DNA from: a virus
Virus record (IMG/VR): IMGVR_UViG_3300044736_000016
Location: 1 to 64,000 of that record
Strand: one strand, 5' to 3'
Length of the DNA: 64,000 nt
The translations under genes were made by a program, and so were the position numbers. Positions 1 to 8,382 of this stretch are shown here, one piece after another; positions within the stretch are counted from its first letter, which is position 1; the number at the start of each line of letters is the position of its first letter. Below the pieces are notes generated by a model that did not search any database, was not told where the DNA came from, and saw only the letters and a program-made list of their open reading frames with translations.

Positions 1-424
1 CCGCTCGGGCGGGGCTTCTCGACCGCGACGGGCGCGGGGATGGGCGTGGGGCGCTGGACGGAACGCATGCGGGCCTCCTACGGGGCCACGATCAGGCTGT
101 GAGCGCCGTTGAGAATACGGAGGCTGCCAGCAGTGTCAACCGCCGCTTTCGGGTTTTCGTGCGGCTGTCGGCCCCGGACCGGACCCGCCTCGCGCTGAGA
201 TCGGCCCATCTCACCCGAAGCGGGGTTGGGAGCAGTCTTGGCTCGGGTGCAGGCGAGGTCTGTCAGCCGCCGCGGGTGAGGCGGTGTCTGCATAGGTCGT
301 TGTGGCTGCGGGGATTTCTCTCTGCCGGTTGCTGTGGTCACTTTCTCTGCGGTTCTCGTGTGCCTGTCGGGCGGCTGTCGTGGCCGCCTATGGTGCGCCG
401 CCTTCGGCTGAGCGTCAAGCCCTC

Positions 425-1045
425 ATGAGCAAGCCGCGCATGGTGGACCTGTGCTGCGGCCCCGGCGGTGCTGGCATGGGATACCACCTTGCAGGCTTCG
501 AGATGGTCGGTGTGGATATCGAGCCGCAGCCGTCGTACCCCTTTGAGTTCCATCAAGGCGACGCGCTCACGTATCCGCTGGACGGGTTCGACGCTGTCCA
601 CGTCTCGCCGCCGTGCCAGCACTATGCCAACGTGACAGCGTGGGGCCACAGTCACATGCGTCCACGAGATGACTACCCGGACCTGATCGGTCCCATCCGC
701 GAACGACTGATGGAGACCGGGCTTCCGTACGTGATCGAGAACGTGCGAACCACCGCGCTACGGCAGCCAACCATGCTCTGCGGCTCTGCGTTCGGGCTGA
801 GGGTGATTCGGCACCGCTACTTCGAGACCGGGGGGGGGCTGGCCCTACCGGTCCTGACGCCGGTCTGTCGACACATAGGGATCATCCCCTTCGACCACGG
901 CGGGAAGTACTCGGAGAGCGAGTTCCGTACCGCCATGGGCTGTGACTGGATGGGAGCCCACGAGGCACGGCAGGCGATTCCGCCGGCTTTCACAGACTGG
1001 ATCGGCCGACACCTCATGGCTGCGCTAGGGAAGGCTGCCGCATGA
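425..1045 (+). CDS. DNA cytosine-C5 methyltransferase (phage type)
   Basis: Motif I VDLCCGPGG and catalytic SPPCQ, plus IENV; start moved to ATG 425 (MSKPRM). Confidence 0.88.
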   Translation: MSKPRMVDLCCGPGGAGMGYHLAGFEMVGVDIEPQPSYPFEFHQGDALTYPLDGFDAVHVSPPCQHYANVTAWGHSHMRPRDDYPDLIGPIRERLMETGLPYVIENVRTTALRQPTMLCGSAFGLRVIRHRYFETGGGLALPVLTPVCRHIGIIPFDHGGKYSESEFRTAMGCDWMGAHEARQAIPPAFTDWIGRHLMAALGKAAA

Positions 1046-1338
1046 CCGACAGGAAAAGCCCCACAGGAGGAACGCCGAACGTGCTCACCGCCGACCCGGT
1101 GGCGAAGCCGCTCACCGCCTACCCATGCCCCGAGTGTGACGGCCCCACCCGCGTACTCACCACTCGCATGAGGGAGCGGCACGGGAACCCGTACGCCTTC
1201 CGCCAGCGGGTGTGTGAGACGTGTGGCGAGAAGTTCAGCACACACGAACTGACGACCACCCGCGTCCATGCACTCCACGCCGCAGCCGAGGCGTTCGTCG
1301 TGCAGATGGCGCCGACCGACGAGACCACCGCGGCATGA
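1042..1338 (+). CDS. Zinc-ribbon protein resembling the NrdR N-terminal domain
   Basis: CPEC...TRVLTTR...RQRVCETCGEKFSTHE; ATGA-coupled to neighbours. Confidence 0.65.
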   Translation: MTDRKSPTGGTPNVLTADPVAKPLTAYPCPECDGPTRVLTTRMRERHGNPYAFRQRVCETCGEKFSTHELTTTRVHALHAAAEAFVVQMAPTDETTAA

Positions 1339-2123
1339 CAACCGCACAGGAGGACCACATCATGACCGACTTGGCGATCGTGGAAGATCGCGACACCGAG
1401 ACTACGACGCTCGGCGAGACCGAGGCCAGGGCGCTGACGGAGCGCATCCGGGTGCACTGGAACATCATCAAGGCGCCCCTGCAGGCGTTCGCCGCGCTGA
1501 TGGCCGAGGCAGAGGAGGGGCGGCCGTGGGAGGCGCTGGGCCACGGCACCGGGGAGACGGGCCGGCTGAAGTGGCTCCGCGAGGAGTTCAACATCGGCAG
1601 GGCGCAGTACTTCCGCATGCGCAAGGCAGCGACCGACGAGGCGCGGCTGAGCGAGGCCGCGGGGACGACGCTGCAGATCCGCGAGTCCCACGTCCGAGGG
1701 ATCCGCCCCGACCAGATCGGTGAGATCGCCGCGGCGGTGACCGAGAAGATCGGCGAGTCCAAGCTGACCCACGACGAGCGCATGGAGATCGTGCAGGCCG
1801 GGCTGGCCGAGGCGCGGGCGAGTTCTCCGGTCGGCAAGCCCCGCCGCTGCGCCGAGACGGTAGACGCCGTGGTGACGGAGATCGCCGACCCTCACGTCCC
1901 GGACGACGAGCCTGCCGTGCGGGCGGTGCCGAAGCGTGGTCGGGTGAGTGACGAGAGCGTGGCCCATCTCGGCGACGCCCTGGACCGCCTCGCTGGCGTC
2001 GGCATGCACCCCGAGGACATGGCGCGCGGGATGACCGTCAAGCAGCGGGATGCGGCGCTGGCCAACCTCAAGGATGCCGGCGACTGGCTCGACCAGTTCC
2101 GCGCCGCCCTGATCGGAGCGTGA
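1335..2123 (+). CDS. Hypothetical helical phage protein
   Basis: ATGA overlap, AGGAGG RBS before the internal Met, high GC3 codon usage. Confidence 0.7.
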   Translation: MTTAQEDHIMTDLAIVEDRDTETTTLGETEARALTERIRVHWNIIKAPLQAFAALMAEAEEGRPWEALGHGTGETGRLKWLREEFNIGRAQYFRMRKAATDEARLSEAAGTTLQIRESHVRGIRPDQIGEIAAAVTEKIGESKLTHDERMEIVQAGLAEARASSPVGKPRRCAETVDAVVTEIADPHVPDDEPAVRAVPKRGRVSDESVAHLGDALDRLAGVGMHPEDMARGMTVKQRDAALANLKDAGDWLDQFRAALIGA

Positions 2124-2144
2124 TCACCCCGTAGAAACGAGAAC

Positions 2145-2181
2145 GGGGCTCCGCGGCGAGAGCGACTTCGCCGGGAGCCCC
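2145..2181 (+). terminator. GC-rich stem-loop after the early operon (terminator/attenuator-like)
   Basis: GGGGCTCC-GCGGCGAG...TTCGCCG-GGAGCCCC inverted repeat; no clear U-tract. Confidence 0.4.
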
Positions 2182-2311
2182 TGTCCAGCCCCATCCCTGC
2201 CAAGGAGGAGCCAACCCCATGAAGGAGGTCAGTGGTGACGACGATACCACATACCACTCCCCGTAGCGCAAGCACGACTCTTGCCCAGCCGCATGACGGG
2301 TCGGTAGCGTC

Positions 2312-3121
2312 ATGAGTGGCGACACGGTTCGCTCTGGTCGCTGGCCTCTAGCGATAGTGCCGGAGTGGCTGTTCGATGAGCCGTCGCTACCCGGCGAGGC
2401 GTTACGTCTCTACTGCGTGCTCGAGCGGCTAGCCCAGCGGGACGGCTACGCCCACCCACTCCGGGCGACGCTCGCCAAGCGGCTCGGGTGGTCTGTCGCC
2501 AAGGTCTCGAGGATGCTCACGGAGTTGGTGGCCGTCCATGCCTTGAAAGTCGAGCACCAACACGGCGACGACAACGCTCAGGTTGGCAGCCGGTACTACC
2601 TGGCAGGGCCAGAGCCATTCCCCGCCGAGGCGACCCCCCCCCTCTCAGATCTGCGACCCCCCCCCTCTCAGATCTGCGACCCCCCCCCTCTCAGATCTGC
2701 GACCCCCATAGGAGAAGGAACTACAAGTAAGAAGATAGACAAGGACTCTCCTAACGGAGAGTCCGGCGCGGTGCCGAAATCGGCTCCTCTGGTTGGCGAG
2801 ATCGTTCCAGCCCTGAACCCCGGAGCGGTCTACGTTGAGGCTTGTCGGCTGGCTGGGTACGATCCTCTCCCCTCGGACGTAGGCCGTATTGGAAAGGCCG
2901 CGAAGGAGGCGCGGGCGCAGGGCAAGTCCGACGACCTCGTCCGAGGGACATGCGAACGACTGGCGCAGCGCAACCTCGGTGCGCCGATGTTCGGCCGCGT
3001 CCTTGCCGAGTTGGAGCGCGGGAGCAACGGGCATGGCCCGCTATCCGGTCAGCGCCGGCCGACGCACCAGGACACCTTCGACATCCTCGACGCCTTCGTC
3101 GCAGAGGGGCGGGCCTCGTGA
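2312..3121 (+). CDS. Phage replication initiator (N-terminal HTH, lambda O/DnaD-like layout)
   Basis: N-terminal wHTH (ALRLYCVL...PLRATLAKRLGWSVAKVSRML), internal iterons, upstream of loader and DnaB. Confidence 0.8.
   Translation: MSGDTVRSGRWPLAIVPEWLFDEPSLPGEALRLYCVLERLAQRDGYAHPLRATLAKRLGWSVAKVSRMLTELVAVHALKVEHQHGDDNAQVGSRYYLAGPEPFPAEATPPLSDLRPPPSQICDPPPLRSATPIGEGTTSKKIDKDSPNGESGAVPKSAPLVGEIVPALNPGAVYVEACRLAGYDPLPSDVGRIGKAAKEARAQGKSDDLVRGTCERLAQRNLGAPMFGRVLAELERGSNGHGPLSGQRRPTHQDTFDILDAFVAEGRAS
2630..2707 (+). repeat. Three perfect 23-bp tandem iterons (GCGA-C9-TCTCAGATCT) plus a partial copy; putative replication origin
   Basis: Directly visible; lies inside the initiator gene and is followed by a purine/A-rich tract (~2708-2745). 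Confidence 0.85.
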
Positions 3122-3666
3122 CACGCGACGAGTTCCGAGGCGTCACGAGGCTGCTCATGGCCTCATGGCCAGCCGCATCTCCGCTCGCGCAGGACGCCTT
3201 GGCGGCGGCGTGGGACGTGCTGGGTGGACTGGAGGCGGACGTCGTCCTGACGGCGGTCCGCACCTTCGTCCGCGACGGCGAGCGCTTCCAGCCCACCGCT
3301 GGTCAGGTGTACCGGCGGGTAGTTGACATCGCCGACGACAGCCCACCGTGGGAGTGGGCGTGGATGGAACTCAGCCGGCTGGCTCGGACTCATGGTCAGT
3401 GCGCGCGCCCCTCGGAGATCCCGTGGTCGCATCCGCTGATCGCCGAGACAGCCACGACGATCGACTGGGCGCAGATGTTCGAGTCGGGTCGCGAGATGGC
3501 AGGACAGGGCTTCGTGCGTCGGATCTACGAGGCGTTGCGTGAGGATCGGCAGCGGCGTGTGAGGTACGCAGGGCTTGCGGTGCCGTCCCGGACTCTGCGG
3601 CTTACCGCCGCCGCGCAGCCTGCCAACGGTCCTGTCTTCACAGACCCTGCGGATTACGGGCTGTGA
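3118..3666 (+). CDS. Replicative helicase loader/inhibitor (G39P-like)
   Basis: VTRDEF...LMASWP...AWDVLGGL...AVRTFV...ERFQPTAGQV pattern; sits between initiator and DnaB; GTGA overlap. Confidence 0.65.
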   Translation: MTRDEFRGVTRLLMASWPAASPLAQDALAAAWDVLGGLEADVVLTAVRTFVRDGERFQPTAGQVYRRVVDIADDSPPWEWAWMELSRLARTHGQCARPSEIPWSHPLIAETATTIDWAQMFESGREMAGQGFVRRIYEALREDRQRRVRYAGLAVPSRTLRLTAAAQPANGPVFTDPADYGL

Positions 3667-3678
3667 TGGAGGCCAAGG

Positions 3679-4704
3679 GTGCCTGATCCCGAGCAGCAGG
3701 AGCGCATGTTGTCCATCCTCCGCTTGGCGACGGGGATGGTGGAGGGCGCCAACGGCAATCTCGCCGAGGTGCGCCAGTCGATCATCGCCGGCCTCTCTGC
3801 GATGGAGAAACCTCAGTCGGCCGAAGGTGACGACCCGCGTCCGCTGTGGGAGATCATCAACGACCACCTCGCAACGATCGAGAGGCGGCAGAACGGGGAG
3901 CGGTGGGCGATCTCCTCCGGGTTGCCGTGGATCGACCGGATGACTGGTGGCTGGCACCGTGGAGAGTTCATCGTCGTCGGCGGTGCGAGCTCGGCCGGCA
4001 AGTCGGTGCTCGGCCTGCAGTTCGCCCGCACCGCCGCGATGCGGGGCTACCGTGTGCTGTACGTGCTGCTCGAGATGACCACCGAGCAGATGATCGACCG
4101 CGTGCTGTCCAGCGTCGCAGGGGTGAACTTCCGCCGGCTGGCGGATGGCAAGCTGGACAGCCGGGAGTGGAAATCCATCTTCGACGCAGCCATGCAGATC
4201 CACGAGCAGAAGGTGCACATCGTCATCGACGATCGCTGCCCCGCCACGCTGGCGGCTATTGAGGAGCGCGCCCGACGTGCTGCCACCAACGGGCTAGACA
4301 TGGTCGTCGTTGACTACGTCGGCGAGATTGCGGAGGAACCCGGTCGGCAGACTCGCGTCGAGCACGTGGGCAGAATCGCGACGGGGCTGCGAACTCTTGC
4401 GAAGCAACTGAAGATCCCGGTGATTGCGCTGGCGCAGTTGAATCGCGAGGCCGGTACCGGCAAGCCGTCGTTCCAGAGCCACCTCGGGGAGAGCAAGAGG
4501 CTGGGGGACACCGCCGACGTGGCGTTGCTGATCTGGCGGCCCAACCGGTTGGTCGATGGCACGCAGCCAGCGGAGGAGGTGATCGAGATCGGCGTGGACA
4601 AGCAGCGCAACGGTCCGGTGGGGTGGGCCGAGTTCACGCTGGTCGGCGCGCAGATGACCGTCAGAGAGCGGGCCAGTACCGCTCAGTGGACAGGGGTGGC
4701 ATAG
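3679..4704 (+). CDS. dnaB: DnaB-like replicative helicase (C-terminal ATPase domain)
   Basis: Walker A GGASSAGKS, LEM, Walker B VVDY, LAQLNR, ADVALLIWR, KQRNGP. Confidence 0.92.
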   Translation: MPDPEQQERMLSILRLATGMVEGANGNLAEVRQSIIAGLSAMEKPQSAEGDDPRPLWEIINDHLATIERRQNGERWAISSGLPWIDRMTGGWHRGEFIVVGGASSAGKSVLGLQFARTAAMRGYRVLYVLLEMTTEQMIDRVLSSVAGVNFRRLADGKLDSREWKSIFDAAMQIHEQKVHIVIDDRCPATLAAIEERARRAATNGLDMVVVDYVGEIAEEPGRQTRVEHVGRIATGLRTLAKQLKIPVIALAQLNREAGTGKPSFQSHLGESKRLGDTADVALLIWRPNRLVDGTQPAEEVIEIGVDKQRNGPVGWAEFTLVGAQMTVRERASTAQWTGVA

Positions 4705-4707
4705 GCG

Positions 4708-5577
4708 ATGGACGAGTTCATGCAGGCCGCGATGGACTACGCGGCAGGCGGCTGGGCAGTCTTTCCACTACAGCCAATGGACAAGCGCCCGTATCCCGGC
4801 ACGCACGGATTCTGGGACGCCGTAGGGACGCCCGAGGGGGCGAGGCAGGCGTGGCTGCAGCGCCCCGGTAGCAACGTGGGTGTGGCGACGGGCGCATCGA
4901 AACTGCTCGTGCTTGACGTGGACGGCGACAAGGGCGCGGCCAGCTTGGACGTGCTGGTCTTCGCGAACGGAGCGTTGCCGACGACGCGGCGTCAGGTGAC
5001 CGGCAAGGGTTGGCAGTGGTTTTTCCTGCGGCCGGATGGGTCGCGGATCGGCAACTCGGCGGGCGGCCACGGGCTCATCGGCAAGCGGATGGGTGAAGGC
5101 TTGGACGTACGCGGTCAGGGAGGTTACGTCGTCGTCCCGCCGTCGATTCACCCGTCAGGGAGGCGGTATCGGTGGGAGGACACCTCGGACGTCGCCTCGG
5201 CCCCTGCGTGGCTGCTGGCGCTGCTCGAGCCGCCTCCTGCGCCACCCCGGCAGCACGTCGTGGCCAAGCTCTACGCGGGCGAGATGGGCGCCTATGCGCG
5301 GAGAGCGGTCGAGTCTGAACTGGCGGCTTTGAGCGCGGCGCCGGAGGGGCAGCGTAACGTAACGCTGAACTCTGCCGCCTTCGCGCTCGGACAACTCGTC
5401 GGTGGTGGTGAGGTGAGCGTCACGTACGTGGCCGGATCGCTCCGCATCGTCGGGCTTGGCATCGGTCTCTCGGAGGCAGAGACGGACGCCACCATTAGGA
5501 GCGGACTGTCGGCTGGCATGAGGCAGCCGAGGGTTACTCCTAACGGACGCAACGGTCACCCGATGGAGGCAGCGTGA
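4708..5577 (+). CDS. Bifunctional DNA primase/polymerase (Prim-Pol)
   Basis: GWAVFPL, NVGVATG, LVLDVD, LDVRGQGGYVVVPPSIHPSGRRYRW, C-terminal GQRNVTLN (PriCT-like). Confidence 0.92.
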   Translation: MDEFMQAAMDYAAGGWAVFPLQPMDKRPYPGTHGFWDAVGTPEGARQAWLQRPGSNVGVATGASKLLVLDVDGDKGAASLDVLVFANGALPTTRRQVTGKGWQWFFLRPDGSRIGNSAGGHGLIGKRMGEGLDVRGQGGYVVVPPSIHPSGRRYRWEDTSDVASAPAWLLALLEPPPAPPRQHVVAKLYAGEMGAYARRAVESELAALSAAPEGQRNVTLNSAAFALGQLVGGGEVSVTYVAGSLRIVGLGIGLSEAETDATIRSGLSAGMRQPRVTPNGRNGHPMEAA

Positions 5578-5765
5578 TGGAGCCGTGCCAGTGTGGCGGC
5601 GAGATGTGGGAGCGGCCGGCGAGCAACGGCGGTGGATGGGCATGCGCGAACTGTCACCCGGACCCGCGCACCCTGATCGCTGAGTGGGTGGCATCCGGCC
5701 GTCCCCGCTACAACGCGTGGCTAGCTTCGGGTCGGCCCAGTATCGCTCTGCGGCGTGCAGCATGA
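5574..5765 (+). CDS. Small Cys-containing hypothetical protein
   Basis: GGAGG RBS, coupled overlaps, CxC and CxxC. Confidence 0.55.
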   Translation: MMEPCQCGGEMWERPASNGGGWACANCHPDPRTLIAEWVASGRPRYNAWLASGRPSIALRRAA

Positions 5766-5983
5766 GGACCGCCGTGGATGACCGTGTAGCAACGTTGGGT
5801 CGCCAGTTGGAGACGATGCAGGCGCTCAACGTGGACCAGGGCAGACACATCGCCGAGTTGCTGCGGGAGCGTGCCGAGACCGCCGCGCTTGTGTCCAGCC
5901 TGTACGCTAAGATCGCGGAGCGGGACGCCGTGGTCATCGCAGTGCTGCAGCGCGAACTGGATACGTTGGAGGGTGCCGCGTGA
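5762..5983 (+). CDS. Coiled-coil hypothetical protein
   Basis: ATGA/GTGA coupling. Confidence 0.55.
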   Translation: MRTAVDDRVATLGRQLETMQALNVDQGRHIAELLRERAETAALVSSLYAKIAERDAVVIAVLQRELDTLEGAA

Positions 5984-6273
5984 GTGACTACGTCGCATAC
6001 GGTAGTTCAACCCTGCATCAGCGCATGATGAGGCCAGTCTCGACGCGGTGTCGTCGTAGATGCGGGAACCAGCACTCGGACCCGCAGTGGGAAGGGGTAC
6101 AAGTGACGCATGCGTGCGGGGCACGGATGACCCATTCTGGTACGGCGAACGGCGTGACTTTCATGGGCGGTTGCGAGTGGCACGTGCGTCAGTGGGTACG
6201 GGAGCAGGATCACCGGCTGAGGGTACGCCTGCTGACCCAAGGAGTGGAATCGATGTTCCCCGGGTTGGTGTGA
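5980..6273 (+). CDS. Hypothetical protein
   Basis: GGAGG RBS, coupled. Confidence 0.55.
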   Translation: MSDYVAYGSSTLHQRMMRPVSTRCRRRCGNQHSDPQWEGVQVTHACGARMTHSGTANGVTFMGGCEWHVRQWVREQDHRLRVRLLTQGVESMFPGLV

Positions 6274-6469
6274 GCAGCAACCCCGGCGGCTGCACGCCGC
6301 TCCGCATCCTCACTCAGCCGACGCAGTGGCCCACGCACGAGGGCGGACACCTCACCGTGGCCTGCGCCGCAGCGGCGCGGTACTCGTCAACCAACGGCCA
6401 CACAGGGGCCGGTATGGACCGCTCCTGCCCGGAGTGCCTGCGGTTGCTACTCGCACGGGAGGCATCGGT

Positions 6470-6688
6470 GTGATCGATCAGGAAGATGCTACAAGGCGTA
6501 GCACATCGGTGGCGTTCAGCAGGGATCGCCTTCCGGATCTACAGCAGTACATCGACGGAGACCGCGGAGACTACGTCAGCAAGGGAGTGCGCGTGGTGCC
6601 CGTGGACCTGCTGCTCTGGCTCGAGACGGAGATCAGGTACCAGCGCGCCATGGCAAAGCGGTTCCGCGAGTTGGACGAGGCGTCGTGA
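6470..6688 (+). CDS. Hypothetical protein
   Basis: GGAGG RBS, GTGA overlap. Confidence 0.55.
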   Translation: MIDQEDATRRSTSVAFSRDRLPDLQQYIDGDRGDYVSKGVRVVPVDLLLWLETEIRYQRAMAKRFRELDEAS

Positions 6689-6771
6689 TGCTGTTTCGTC
6701 AGCCCTGATCTGGGATTCCTGAACCTCGCCGCCTTCGCCGCTCCATAACCAGTAGGCAACACCGCCATCGC

Positions 6772-6800
6772 TTGACGACACCCCACCAGCCCGGTATGTT
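6772..6800 (+). promoter_or_regulatory. Sigma70/SigA-type promoter
   Basis: TTGACG-17bp-TATGTT; a second candidate TTGACG-18bp-TACCTT starts at 6864. Confidence 0.5.
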
Positions 6801-6935
6801 GTCAACCCACCGTCTCCCCACCCGCTACACCTGACCTCTACGCCGTAGCATCTCCTGTCGTACTTGACGCGCGCTCCGGGGAAGGCGTACCTTGCGGTCA
6901 GTAACGACGGGGGAGGCCATGGCGGGGGCCTAGAG

Positions 6936-7508
6936 ATGCAGGCAGGGGCACAGGTGTCCCAGGGTGACGGTGACTCAGGTCACAGCACGATGGATGATGA
7001 CGCCACGACCGAGGAACCGCTCCTCACGACGATCCCGCCCGGTTGGGTGGGAGTTCGCGGTGCTGCCGTACGGTTCGGCGTCAGTGCGGGCACTATCCGG
7101 CGCCACTACGGTGAGTACAAGTCGATACCGTTCCGCAGGCTAACCGATGGTCGTATCATTGTCAATGCTGCGGCGATCCCCGAGGGTCATTTCAAAAAGA
7201 CCCACCGCCACCGCAAGATGATGGAAGAGGTGCGGCAGGAGATCGTGCAGCGTGCGGATGCGGAGCCAACCGACGATGAACTCTCCGCTGTGCAGGTGAT
7301 CCGTCGTCACGTACGCTGGCTTGAGCAGACGATCGAGGAGTTGCAAAACCGCCACGCCGAGTACGAGCGCGAACGCAGGCGTATGGAGCAGGCGCACCGG
7401 GCCGAGTGCCAGCAGTTGCTGGCGATCATCTCTAGCCTGACCAACGCCACGCAGACACCCGCCTCCAGCCCCCGCCGTGCGCGTCGCAAGGCCACAGAGA
7501 CGGGCTAG
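6936..7508 (+). CDS. HTH (MerR/excisionase-like) plus coiled-coil protein
   Basis: WVGVRGAAVRFGVSAGTIRR HTH followed by a heptad coiled coil; start uncertain. Confidence 0.6.
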   Translation: MQAGAQVSQGDGDSGHSTMDDDATTEEPLLTTIPPGWVGVRGAAVRFGVSAGTIRRHYGEYKSIPFRRLTDGRIIVNAAAIPEGHFKKTHRHRKMMEEVRQEIVQRADAEPTDDELSAVQVIRRHVRWLEQTIEELQNRHAEYERERRRMEQAHRAECQQLLAIISSLTNATQTPASSPRRARRKATETG

Positions 7509-7930
7509 GGGGCAGGCTTCACCGTCACGCGGACCGAGACGCCGCCGCGGGAATCGCGGCCCTCTGTGGGCATCGGGTAGTCCAACCACCGCGGGGCGTC
7601 ATCAACGATCCAACCAGAATCACGGAGCCCATCGAGACAAGGTTTCAGCGCGGCGCAAACCTGATCGAAATCGCGCATGCGCGACCGTGGTCCGCGCAGT
7701 AGCACGAGTTCGAGGCGACGGCGCTCGTCGGCAGGCGGTAGCCCGAGGCGGTTCCGGTGGCTGCGCGCCACCAGAGCAACGCAGTTGCGGATGGCCTTGG
7801 TCTTCCGGGCGCGCACCTGCCAGCACAGCCTGCTGTTGGCGGTAGGCGGGTCCTCTGGCAGCCGCACGTCGAAGGTGACACCCTCGGGTGTGAGAGACGG
7901 CAGAGGAGCCCGCATCGCCATGGTGGTCAC
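7505..7930 (-). CDS. RusA-like Holliday junction resolvase
   Basis: PPTAN...RDFDQVCAALKPCLDGLRDSGWIVDD resembles the RusA DxDN..K...DGL...DD signature. Confidence 0.72.
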   Translation of the reverse strand: MTTMAMRAPLPSLTPEGVTFDVRLPEDPPTANSRLCWQVRARKTKAIRNCVALVARSHRNRLGLPPADERRRLELVLLRGPRSRMRDFDQVCAALKPCLDGLRDSGWIVDDAPRWLDYPMPTEGRDSRGGVSVRVTVKPAP

Positions 7931-7940
7931 CCGTTCGCAG

Positions 7941-8261
7941 TCACGATTCGGCCTCCCACGCCCGCACCTTAGCTCCCTGCGCCTCAATCCACGGGCGCAG
8001 GTGGGTTCGCCAGCAAGTAGGGCATATATCGAACGCCTCGTGATTCTGACAGCCGCCTTCGGGGTACTGGTAGCCGAAAGCGAACTCAAGGGTTACGCGA
8101 GCACCCTCGTAGCAACTGGACTCTCCTTCCAGCGTGGGCCACGGACGGCCAAATCCGGCGTCCTCCGGGCGTGGCGCAGGGGTGCCACAGAGATCGCACC
8201 TCAACTCAACAACGATAGTGCTCTCGTGCTCGAACTTCTTGGTCTCAGTGCGTTGGCTCAT
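7941..8261 (-). CDS. Hypothetical zinc-finger protein
   Basis: CDLC...DICPTCW; GGAG RBS. Confidence 0.6.
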   Translation of the reverse strand: MSQRTETKKFEHESTIVVELRCDLCGTPAPRPEDAGFGRPWPTLEGESSCYEGARVTLEFAFGYQYPEGGCQNHEAFDICPTCWRTHLRPWIEAQGAKVRAWEAES

Positions 8262-8382
8262 GCTCCCTCCGTACCGGCGACGGCCGTACCGTCGTCTCTA
8301 TGATCGCGTTTGTCTCTCAGCGTGGAGATAGGCACGATCGTCCCGCCCACGGCCGCAGCGGGCAAGTGCGAGACGTCGGCCA

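Noticed and set aside
2630-2707. Tandem repeats as a CRISPR array
   Set aside because: Units are contiguous with no spacers and no cas genes are present; they fit iterons inside a rep gene
1119-4218. Long antisense/alternate-frame ORFs (e.g. 1119-2009, 3163-4218; also 29836-30855, 46480-47634)
   Set aside because: Typical high-GC shadow ORFs opposite genes that have clear motifs
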